DNA of 63,992 bases, filler included, from Sphacelaria rigidula (Eukaryota): NCBI GenBank assembly GCA_964200075.2. It is 3 parts of 3 records of this genome, joined end to end, with 100 filler letters (N's around TTAATTAATTAA, not from the genome) between each part and the next. Parts side by side here need not be neighbours in the genome. Positions count along the whole stretch, not along the records: positions 21,717 to 43,323 come from CAXNAA020000402.1; positions 43,424 to 63,992 come from CAXNAA020000516.1; 1 more part is not named here. One strand, written 5' to 3'. Position 1 is the stretch's first letter; each line of letters opens with the position of its first letter. Positions 39,701 through 50,890 of this stretch are shown here, one piece after another. Below the pieces are notes generated by a model, which made no database searches, was not told the origin of the DNA, and was given only the letters and a program-made list of their open reading frames with translations. Made by a program: the position numbers and the translations under genes.

Positions 39701-42700
39701 TGGAATAAAGAAGCTTGCCCTCCTTCTCATTTAACCTACTATAACACAGCCCGGACATAGACATGAAATAGAGAGGCCACCCTTCCTCTTTATTCAACCT
39801 ACTCTAAGACAGCCCGGACATAGGCATGAAATAGAGAAGCTAACCCTCCTTTTTTATCACCTAGTATAACACAGCCGGGACATGGACATGAAAGAGGGAA
39901 GCTAACCCTTCTTTTCATTTATCCTACCCCAACACAGCCCGGACATAGGCATGAAATTGAGAGGCCAACCTTCCTTTTTATTTAACCTACCATAACAGAG
40001 CCCGGACATAGACATGGAATAGAGAGGCCAACCTTCCTCTTCATTTACCCTACTATAACACAGCCCGGACATACGCATGAAATAGAGGAGCTAACCCTCC
40101 TTTTATATCACCTACCACAAGACAGCCCGGACATAGACATGGAATAAAGAAGCTAACACTTCTTTTTATTCAACCTACCATAACATTGCCCGGACATAGA
40201 CACGAAATAGAGAAGCTAATCCTTTTTTTTATTCAACCTACAATAACACCGCCCGGATATAGACATGAAGGAGAGAAGCTAACCCTTCTCTTTGTTTAAC
40301 TCACCATAACACAGCCCGGACATAGACATAAAGTAGAAAAGCTAGCCTTCCTCTCTATTTACCCCACCATAACACAGCCCGGACATAGACATGGAATAGA
40401 GAAGCTTGCCCTCCTTTTCATATAACCTACTATAACACAGCCCGGACATAGACATGAAATAGAGAGGCCACGCTTCCTCTTTATTTAACCTACTCTAAGA
40501 CAGCCCGGACATAGGCATGAAATAGAGAAGCTAACCCTCCTTTTATATCACCTAGTATAACACAGCCGGGACATGGACATGAAAGAGGGAAGCTAACCCT
40601 TCTTTTCATTTATCCTACCCCAACACAGCCCGGACATAGGCATGAAATAGAGAGGCCAACCTTCCTCTTTATTTAACCTACCATAACACAGCCCGGAGAT
40701 AGACATGGAATAGAAAAAAAGGGTTACTACAATAATGATTTGAAAATGCTCTCACCTCGGTATCGGTCCTGGTGTCGAATGTGACGGTCGGACTGCCCCG
40801 GACGGCGTCTCAGCAGGCGCCCGGACGTTGCATCTCATGAGTTAGCCCTGTATATACATGTGTGCGGGAGAACTCCCCTATTATAACACAGCCCGGACGT
40901 AGACATGAAATAGAGCAGCTAACCCTCCTTTTAATATACCCTGCTATAACGCAACCCGTACATGGACATGGAATAGAGAAGCTAACCCTCCCTTTTTATT
41001 CAACCTACCATCACAGAGGGGCTAAACCTCCTTTTTCATTCAACCTACTAAAACACAGCCCGGACATGGACATGGAATAGAGAAGCTAACCCTCCTTTTT
41101 ATTAAACCTACTACAACACAGCCCGGACAAAGACACGAAATAGAGGAGCTAACCTTCTTTTTTATTTACCTACCATAACACAGCCCGGACGTAGACATGA
41201 AATAGAGAAGCTAACCCTCCTTTTTTATTCAACCTACCATAACACAGCCCGGACATAGACTTGGAATAGAGAAGCTAACCCTCCTTTTTTATTCAACCTA
41301 TTATAACTCAGCCCGGACGTAGACATGAAATAGAGCAGCTAACCCTCCTTTGAATATACCCTGCTATAACGCAACCCGGACATGGACATGGAATAGAGAA
41401 GCTAACCCTCCTTTTTTATTCAACCTACCATCACAGAGAGGCTAACCCTCCTCTTTCATTCAACCTACTATAACACAGCCCGGACATAGACATGGGATAG
41501 AGAAGCTAACCCTCCTTTTTATTGAACCTACTACAACACAGCCCGGACATAGACACGAAATAGAGAAGCTAACCTTCTTTTTTATTTACCTACCATAACA
41601 CAGCCCGGACGTAGACATGAAATAGAGAAGCTTACCCTCCTTTTTTATTCAAGCTACCATAACACAGCCCGGACATAGACTTGGAATAGAGAAGCTAACC
41701 CTCCTTTTTTATTCAACCTATTATAACACAGCCCGGACGTAGACATGAAATAGAGCAGCTAACCCTCCTTTTAATATACCCTGCTATAACGCAACCCGGA
41801 CATGGACATGGAATAGAGAATCTAACCCTCCATTTTTATTCAACCTACCATCACACAGCCCGGACATAGACATGGAATAGAGAAGCTAGCCCTCCTTTTC
41901 ATTTAACCTACCATAACACAGCCCGGACATAGACATGAGAGAGACGAGCTAACCCTCTTTTATTTAAGCTCCTATAACACAGCCCGGACATAGAGATGAA
42001 ATAGAGAAGCTAACCTTCCTTCTTATTTAACCTACCATAACAAAGCCCGGACGTAGACATGAAAGAGGGAAGCTAACCCTTCTTTCCATTTAACCCACTA
42101 CAACACAGCCCGGACATAGACAAGGAATACAGAAGCTAGCCCTCCTTTTTTATTCAACCTACCATAACACAGCCCAGATATAGACATGAAATAGGGAACT
42201 TAACCCTTTTTTTCATTTAACCCACCAAAACACAGCCCGGACATAGGCATGGAATAGAGAAGCTAGCCCTCCTTTCATTTCACCTACCATCATACAGCCT
42301 GGACGTAGACATGAAAGAGAGAAGCCAACCTTCCCTTTTACAACAAAGCCCGGACATAAACATGAACTAGAGAGGCCAACCTTCCTTTTTATTTACCCCA
42401 CCATGACACAGCCCGGACATAGACATGGAATAGAGAAGCTAACCCTCCTTTTCATACAACCCACCATCACACAGCCCGGACATAGACATGAAACAGAGAG
42501 GCCAACCTTCCTTTATATTCAACCTACCATAACACAGCCCGGACATAGACATGGAATAGAGAAGCTAACGCTTCTTTTCATTTAACCTACCATAACACCG
42601 CCCGGATATAGACATGACGGAGAGAAGCTAATCCTCCTCTTTATTCAACTTACCATAACACACCCCGGACATAGACATGAAGTAGAAAAGCTTGCCTTTC

Positions 42701-43323
42701 TTTTCACAAGAAAGCCGGGACATGGACATGAACTAGAGAGGCCAACCTTACTTCTTTTTTACCCCACCATGACACAGCCCGGTCATAGACATGGAATAGA
42801 AAAGCTAGCCCTTTTTTCTATTCAACCGACCATAACACAGCCCGGACATAGACATGAAATAGAGAGGCCAACCTTCCTTTCTATTTAACCTATTATAACA
42901 CAGCCCGGACATACGCATGAAATAGAGGAGCTAACCCTTCTTTTGATATCACCTACCACAAGACAGCCCGGACATAGACATGAAGGACGGAAGCTAACAC
43001 TTCTTTTTATTCAACCTACCATAACACAGCCCGGACTTAGACATGGAATAGAGCAGCTAACCCTTCTTTTCATTTAACCTACCTTAACACCGCCCTGATA
43101 TAGACATGAAGGAGAGAAGCTAACCCTCCTCTTTCCTTAACTTACCATAACACAGCCCGGACATAGACATGAAACAGAGAGGCCAACCTTCCTATATATT
43201 CAACCTACCATAACACAGCCCGGACTTAGACATGGAATAGAGCAGCTAACCCTTCTTTTCATTTAACCTACCTTAACACCGCCCTGATATAGACATGAAG
43301 GAGAGAAGCTAACCCTCCTCTTT
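21717..43323. repeat. Satellite array of a 63-bp monomer with a 51-bp variant; roughly 340-350 monomers; both ends cut by gaps
   Basis: Consensus approximately CCCGGACATAGACATGGAATAGAGAAGCTAACCCTCCTTTTCATTTAACCTACCATAACACAG, head to tail in one orientation over 21.6 kb. Copy number is estimated from length divided by period. Confidence 0.97.
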
Positions 43324-43423
43324 NNNNNNNNNNNNNNNNNNNNNNNNNNNNNNNNNNNNNNNNNNNNTTAATTAATTAANNNNNNNNNNNNNNNNNNNNN
43401 NNNNNNNNNNNNNNNNNNNNNNN
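43324..43423. other. Assembly gap spacer (44 N + TTAATTAATTAA + 44 N)
   Basis: Same artificial 100-bp spacer as at 21617. Confidence 0.97.
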
Positions 43424-43429
43424 CAACAA

Positions 43430-46400
43430 GTTCGTTACCGTCGGCTGCATACGCTTTCACCGCCGCTTGTGCCGCTTCGACTGAGGGATACGCAAAACTC
43501 ATGCCTCTAGCTCCGCCTCTCATCCCACAGCGTTGCGTGACTCAGTCGCCTTGTGAACATGGCCACATACATGTATAGTGGGGTACATTTATTCCCGCAT
43601 TTCCCACGAGCATGACATGTTCGTGCTATCAACTAGGATTTACTGTAGGATGGTGGCCCAAAACAAATTCGGGGGATGGGAGGTCGGACCTGCACAAAAT
43701 GCAAGTAAATGAAGAAAATTCGGGGATCCGGCCCCGGAGAATATAGGCTTTATTTGGCTTCGAAGGCCTTTCTGTGGGCCAGGGACAGGGTACGCCAACT
43801 TTGCAGTGACTATCACTCCCGGCAACAGCCCCCCCCCCACTGGTCGTTCTGATGTGGTCGATAAATTTCGCCTCGCCCTGATTGGACAGGTCGCTCCCAG
43901 ACTTGTTTACTATTATTTTACTAACACGTGAACCTGGTGTTCGTGAGCTTCAGTCCCATCGGGATTAAAACGGCGTGAGGTTTTGCCGATGAGTGTTTTT
44001 TGGGTGAGCAACGTGAACCAGCCTGTACGTATCGACATAAATGTTGTATCGATACTCGTATCGATATCGATACACGTTTATTTCTTTATTTTGCCAGGGG
44101 AGTGGTAGACAGCATATACATCGTCCCCCCTTTTTCGCATGCCTCCGCCCACCGCCAACCACCCCAGTGCCCACCACCTCACAACCCACCACACCCCACA
44201 TACAACACATACACATCATCCGCGCACTGCACACCCACTTGTTGCGAACCACACCGGTCTGCAACATGAGCCGCCTTCAGACTTTCGGCTCTGTCGCCGA
44301 CGGTAGCGCAGAGTCTGATGTCGACGTTTCTATCGTACAGTCTGTATCTGTGTCTGTTGTTGTTGTTGTTGTTGTTGTCTTCACATTAAAAGCCGTTCCG
44401 ATATCTGCGCGGTACATTGGTACTGGGCATCTTATGCGGACGCCTTCCGTGGTCACAGGCTAGCAGAAGAAACCAAAGGGTCTGCTACGGCGTTTGTCTG
44501 CTACTGAATACTCGTGATGAGTGCGTTTGCTGTGCGCAGTGCGCAGAGTCGAGGTAAATACTCTCATTCGATTGAAAAATGACGGAATGGTGGCCACGAA
44601 ATATACGTTTGTTCATCACCGGCTTGAACAACACACTTTGTATCACTCATCACACCTGGTGTTGTGATAAACTTTTGTACTTCCTTTTGCTTCTTGCCTC
44701 TTGCACGATGAAGAACAAATGGTACATGGTTGGGGAGAACCGGAGAAGAGAATATTGAGCTTTGGTATTTCACATACACAAAACATTGAAATGTCTTTAG
44801 TTTCGATCTGGCAGTGGGGGGTCACGCAGACAAAACGGAGTCGGTCACGCCACCAGTCGTGAGAGATGGGGGAGAGTGCAAGATCATGTTTTCATACGAC
44901 TACACTCTGCACCAGGCGCTGGTTGTACTGAGGCAAACTGAAAGTGTGCCCAGATCATCATGGTTGAGGTGGTCATGCGGTAGTGACCAGCTGGACCTGT
45001 TTTCATTATTCTCACAGGGCGCACACATGAAACTCGGAGGTGTACCTGGGTGGACACTTAGTTTTTCCCGATATCGAACGATATCCCCTTCGCATTTGGT
45101 GTTTCCCCAGATTCTTTTTCTCACCGTCGGCAGTATATACTGCAAGACATCTCCTCCTCCTCCGCCAGGTGGGTCCTTTAGCGGAACCGCAATCTCTCCT
45201 CGTGTCTTCCGAAAGAACTTTACTGTCTGTACGCATACGCCGTTCTGGGCAAGCTGTTACCGCAAATCATGCACAGGAGTTCTGACCTAACGTGTGAATG
45301 GGCTGCCAGAGATGATTCCTGACTCTGGGCGAGAATATGGTGAAGCTCTATCATAGACCATATCGATCCTCCATCCGGCCCTGGCGCGGCCGTCCGGAGC
45401 GCCGGGCCGGAGGAAGCTAAGGGATTTGATCTACCTTGTAATGTATGGGAGGACCGCGTGCTTAAGGGACCGCATTGAAGTTGAGACATCCTTACGTATA
45501 GTTAGGGTGAGGGTTAGAGTTAGAGTTCGCGTTATGGTCAGGAGCGCGGTCCTTGTAAGGACTGGCCCGATTGGTTTTGAAAAACGTCGATCCTGGGGTG
45601 TTTTCAACTACGACGCGGTCCCCTAAGCACGCGGTCCTCCGACGTATTACATACTCTCTTCTCCCTGTGTGTGGGGAATATGCGGTGATGAGCAACGCGA
45701 AATCCTTTTCGACATTACAGTTCCAGTATATTGGTGTCAACGGTGCAACATCATATGTATGACATAATACCTGTAGGGCAAGACCGACGTGTGTAAGTGC
45801 TGCAGGAGACATGTGCAGGTGACAGATACTGTACAGGAAGCAGAAGCAATTACTTGCTATACGGGGTCAATCGAACATACACGATGTCAACGGATAAACG
45901 GACCCACCCCAGATGTTAGCAGTTTTTAGAGGGTTGACCGCAACCTCAGCCCGTCGTTTCATCACACCGATTACGCAGGTTATGCGATTTATACCCACCT
46001 GAACCTCCGGGGACTTTCGTTGCCACTTGAACGAGGCGCTCGCGAGGCAGCTCCAGCTACCTCGAGCTCTTCTCGCTGCGAGGGAGACGCAATCCCTCTC
46101 AACCAGGACGAGATGCGATAGACCATGCTCCCATAACCGTGAAAGTCTAGCACGCCGTCTAACACCAGCACAGTGCGGGCCAGCGCTAGTATGAAAAAAG
46201 TGATGCCGATATCTCCGATGACTTTTCCCATCTCCTTGCCTTGTGAGCGTAGAACGTCTTGTTTTTTCTTGGGATGATGGCGAAAAGGTTGATGAGACGG
46301 GCTACAGGGGCCGCGGAAAGGCTTCAACAGTGATACAAAGAGGAAGGGTGTACTACGGTTATGCGTCCATACACGTCTCACGTGGTGTCTGATGATACTG

Positions 46401-47100
46401 GGACTTCCACTTTAGATATGTCGCTTGATGCGGTTGGGGTCGACGCAACAGTATCGGCGGCCCCAGGTATTGGGTGCTCTGCGTGGATTGAAAGGATATT
46501 TCGGAGCGATACGCGCGAATCCGAACCGTTTTCCCATCTCCAAATCACACAATTACTGTACAGACGGTTTCGCGCGGTTGGTATTTTCCAGCCGTGTTTT
46601 GAAGAAAACGACTGGAAAATACACGTACTGTCGTTTGTACAAGAATAACAAAACCATTTATTACGTTTCACATTTTATTCCGGTCGTATCTTGGTTGGCA
46701 CTTTTTTATCGATGAAAAAAATGGGGCGGTGGAATCGATTTGAGCGAAACCCGCTCGTTTTCGTCGAGTTGGGCCCAAGCGAATTGTCAAGCTTTCGATC
46801 GAAAAAACATTGAAATTCGTGCAACGGTCACTCATACCTTGCACAGTAGTCTATACTGTCTGCACTGCTTGCAAGCAGCGTTTTGAGTGCGCGTGTGTAC
46901 GTGTTTCGTACCGGAGGGTATAAAATAGGAGCGGGCAACTCGCATCGGAGACAACCCAAGATTTATCAGTTCGCTCTACTTACAATGCGACGTGGAGGAG
47001 ACTTCAGCAGAGTGCAGCTTAGTGCTGCCTGCACTGTCCATGAGAATGCACGCAACTCGGTTGCCCACCGTACCACGCAGTTCTGTCGCTGATCTCTACC
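43430..47100 (-). CDS. Possible multi-exon gene of unknown function
   Basis: Several short GC-rich minus-strand segments bounded by AG/GT, e.g. about 46480-46383, 46240-45999 (GKEMGKVIGDIGITFFILALARTVLVLDGVLDF, hydrophobic), 45417-45287, 44330-44256 and 43550-43439 (MSFAYPSVEAAQAAVKAYAAD). Phases not verified. Confidence 0.3.
43755..43964 (-). mobile_element. Left-end fragment of the piggyBac-like family
   Basis: Reverse complement matches 1419-1625 (GGCGAGGCGAAATTTATCGACCA, GAACGACCAGTG) and ends in a degenerate TIR followed by TTAA. Confidence 0.7.
45437..45651. mobile_element. MITE with TGT...ACA termini and internal telomere-like hexamers (215 bp)
   Basis: TGTAAT..GGAGGACCGCGTGCTTA..GGGACCGC inverted at the right end; internal GTTAGGGTGAGGGTTAGAGTTAGAGTT; homologous to 58103-58315. 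Confidence 0.8.
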
Positions 47101-47806
47101 ATGAAAGAAGATGCGCAATTTCTCGTCGACAAAAAATAAACAGAGCGTACCCAACTACTGCAGTGTATATGTCTCTGTGCTTAACTAGTGCCCTACGCTG
47201 CAGGGTAACGGTGGTGGCTGAGAATGAGATGGATGGGGTTTGCACGGTCCTGTGAGCAGGTGTAATCTGGCGTGATGGTCTATAACGTAGGAGTCAAGTG
47301 CTGCTTCGTGCCTTTCGACAGCATATTTTCGATCAAAAATGATTTTTCTGTGTATTTCAAAAGCTGTCTCCGCGCGTCACTTCTTGTAATTTTGAGTAGC
47401 GGTGGACTTATCAGATCGGCAAAAAAGGAACGACCGCACTTTTTCGATCAAAAAGGAAGTGCCAAGATCATGTCCTGACAGCGCTTTTTGGCCGCCAATA
47501 AGGGAATATGGCCACCACACGTCTTTCACACTTTGCATCGCCCCACCGAGATAAGTCTAACCCCCTTTCCCGACTCGGTCGGCGTCAAAGTTGTCGAGAA
47601 CGGCCTCCGGACAAAAACACGGCTGAAAAGGATGTGCATGTGTGCAGGAATTTCCACGAGCCGTTCTCGAAGCCTCGAAGCCAAGCGAATCGAAAAGGTG
47701 GGTTAGACTTCGTCTAGGGAACACTTTGCACCTTCCCTTGCCTGAGGGTTCTCCGTTTGCCTTCGTCGGGGTTGGGGTTGGGGTTTGGGTTGGAGTTGGA
47801 GTTAGA

Positions 47807-48450
47807 ATGCGTGTTGGGACCGCGTGCTTTTTGGACAGTATCGGAATTTGAATATTCCAGGACCGACGTGTGGGGAGGAGCCCACGGACCTCATGAACGC
47901 AGGGAACGCGCCCCGAGCAAAGCTGTGTTCAGGAGGCGAACAGTCTGCCCGCTGAACCACTTAGCGCTCACAATATCAGTGGGTAAAATGCTTGCTCATT
48001 GGTTCAATGGGCAAATTGTTTATTCAATGATCCAATGCGTAAGCTGTTTGCTCACATGGTTCAGTCGATAAACCGTTCGCTTCCTGAACCAACTGCAAAG
48101 CATATTATGCGGTACGAGTCACGATGGGATCGCTTGTGGAAGGAAATTTTCGATTTTTTTACCTGTGAATAGTGGGGCTTTACGAGGGACAGGTAGCTCC
48201 GGAGATTAGTGAGTAACATGTCGGGACGGACCCCCTGCATATCTTTCGTTTAGGAAGCGAACGGTTTACACATTGAAGAAGTGAGCGCTCGCTGGTTCAA
48301 TGGGTGAGCCGTTCACTTCCTGCACACAGGCTTGCTCCGGGACGATCCCTGCAGTCATGAGATCCGTGCGCTCCCCCCGACACGTCGATCCTGGTGTGTT
48401 GAAATTCCGATGGGGTCCTAAAAGCACGCGGGCATAACACACGCATCACA
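47807..48450. mobile_element. Larger relative of the TGT...ACA MITE family with about 160-bp TIRs
   Basis: 47807-47970 is the diverged reverse complement of 48283-48446. It shares the ATGCGTG..CCGCGTGCTT and ACGTCGATCCTGG motifs with the small MITEs. Right end ATCACA. Confidence 0.75.
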
Positions 48451-48628
48451 AAAGTAGTAGCTGTTTTGTTCCGGATTTTCCGATTTTTTCGGGGAAAAAA
48501 CTTCCTCCCTGAAAAATGTGACAGCAGATTCCTCAATCAGGTAGGAATGTATAAGCAATGAAAACTGCTGCATTTTTTCTCTAAAAATCTAGTTTGTTTT
48601 GGAGGCAGCAACATTTTCGTTTACTGTA

Positions 48629-48905
48629 CCCCTCTTGGGACCGGGCCTGCAGAACGACCAATGAGGCTGGTTAGGAATGACCTGTCTGGCGTCTGAACGA
48701 AACAGTGGCGTGTTGCTGAAACCCCGCGTAGTATGTAACGGCAGGTTTATGAGGAAGATCGAAAGTTTCATCTAATCTATTTTGAGGTGCAGGGTGTGCA
48801 TTAGGCAATGTACATGTGATGTAGCAAGCAGTATGGATCGCGGTTGATTGAAGAGAGCTTTCAACAGGATGCGGCGACCGGCGGGCCGCCCGCCATTTGT
48901 GGCTT
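48629..48905 (-). mobile_element. Right-end fragment of the piggyBac-like family
   Basis: Begins CCCTCTTGGGACCGGGCC; reverse complement matches about 2195-2453. Confidence 0.8.
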
Positions 48906-49266
48906 GCATAGGGTGAGGGGGTAGAACACAGATAAGGGCCATCAATCCAGGATCCCCTGCCCCCTACCACTGCTCCAATCATGCATGCAATTATACTGAA
49001 ACCTACGGCTTGGTGTGACTTGGCGACAAGGTGTACCCCACTGTACTGTACTATACTAGTGTATCTTCATGCCTACTCTTCTCGTCAATTAGTATGGGAT
49101 GAATCTGTGGGTGCACCATCCGCGCCTGGTGTATCCCCTCCGCCTGTACTCGTCTAAGTTGACCATACCGATTTTAGTTACTCTTGTTAGCTCAATCGTT
49201 TGGTGACTCAGTTCATTCCTCTTTCGGGTACGGTCCTCGATGTTCTTATCGCACCTGCTGGTCTCT

Positions 49267-50735
49267 CTATGTGTACATGGGTTGTTTCCCGAAGGCTGGC
49301 CAAGACTTAATCTGTTCCTGTAATGGGAACTCGTTAATTTCTCTGCACTGAGCTTCTGAGACGCGTTCGATCATTCGGTTTTCGACTGTTCCGGGATCTA
49401 CCACTTCCATCAATCTCATGTATCTCCACGCCGTGCTCGGTCTTCTCCAGAAAGCCTTCTGCATTATCGTCTTCAAATCGTCGCCTGCCAAGGCACGGGA
49501 GACGGCGCCGCCCGAGCGAAACGAATGCATAGAGAACGGGCACTTTATTCCAGCATCCTTTCCTCGTTGTCTGAGGATCGCCGTCATCTGAGCGGCCGGC
49601 ATCGGTGTCGAACCTCGTTTCGGGGTTTTGTCGACGTGTCAATCTGGGGAAAGAGATAGCCTTGGGCCATATTCCAACCCATTGATGTCCCCACCTTCAC
49701 CCATTGCTCCACTGCTCGGACAGGGCATGTCGCGGGGTAGAGCTCATCGTACGGTACAGTGAGTAGATGGTCTGCGCCTCCTCGTAGTGTTTTCCCTCAT
49801 TGGAAGTTGAACATGAAACCACTGTGGTTGGGGAGTCTGAGAATGCGTTGGATGAGGGTCCTCGTGAGCTCGTCGCCGCGCTTACTGTTGCTAAATGCTA
49901 CTGTGAACAGGGCGATGTCTCGGGCCAGGAGTACCTGCTCCTTCGCGTCTCTAGTACATTGTAGAGCTGACCTCAATGGGGTGACCAATTCAAGGAGGTG
50001 GCTGTGTAGTAGAATCGGTGCTTGTTTTACTAGCACTCCAGCTTTCTTCTGTTCTTCTCTGGTGAACCTCGTATATTGTGCCACGAGGTTGCTGCGGACT
50101 GGGTTTCCTATCCGTAGTGCATCGCTCCAGTCGGAGTTCGTTCCGAGCTCGTTCTCGAAGGCCATCGCTAGTTTCGACGTATAATTCGTCCGTAAGGAAT
50201 CGTGTGCGTATCTATAGGTACATTCCCCTTGTTTCGTTGAGCAATCGATGAGTCCGGGGGTACCTCCTGCAGCGCAGTGTCTAGCATGTACTGGCGTACG
50301 TCCTTTCCCACATGCATCAAGCCAGCACAGAAAGGCTGCAACGTCGGTCGGTTGCGCTGCTGTCCAATATTTGGGGCCGGACCCGGGCCGTGAAGCTAAG
50401 AATCTAGTAAATAATTCTGTAGTAGAATCCTGTCTCTTTGCTGAGGCTGACGCTGCCATGGCTAGCGTAAACTGCATGTATCGTTTCTGTATAGCTTCCT
50501 CATCGATTTTTAATGTCGCCTCTTGCGTTACTCTCGTAGCTAGTATCGAACTCCTTATGCCGCACCATTGACAATATTGAAAGTCTTCGTCGTTCTTCCC
50601 ATGGCAGTCGGGGCATAGCACTCTCGCTCGCGAGGCGGAGACTCGAGTCATACTCGAGCTGTGGCTGGGCGGGTTGCGCTTGTGGCCTAGGTGGGCGAGC
50701 ATCGTTGTTATCCGTACTAGTAACGGTTGCACCAA
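49267..50735 (-). pseudogene. Zn-ribbon + ALOG DNA-binding domain + tyrosine recombinase
   Basis: CPDC-x10-CQWC; DVAAFLCWLDACGKGRTPVHARHC...C...C.YRYAHDSLR...GNPVRSNLVAQY...EEQKKAG; catalytic motifs KRGDEL, GKT, TCPVRAV, GYLFP, HSFRSGGA, W-x7-RY. Disrupted by TGA at 49797-49799 and a frameshift near 49600-49640. Confidence 0.9.
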
Positions 50736-50890
50736 AGCGAGAGCGCCTGGATGTGTTGGAATGGTCGCGCGATAAGAGCATTCGTCAGGTGGTTCTCGGA
50801 TACTTCTCGTGTGGTAATTGTCGTCTTAGAGGGTAGAGCATCTCTTGTGAAACTTTGCAATGAAGGGTCATGCCGAATATCATTCATTCA

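Noticed and set aside
22760-42585. Many ORFs in the satellite called as genes
   Set aside because: By-products of a monomer length divisible by three, interrupted by frequent stops and frameshifts.
21717-43323. CRISPR array (constant block plus variable block periodicity)
   Set aside because: The variable parts are homologous variants that recur, not unique spacers. No cas genes; eukaryotic context.
21717-43323. Hammerhead-ribozyme satellite
   Set aside because: No CUGANGA core in the monomer consensus on either strand.
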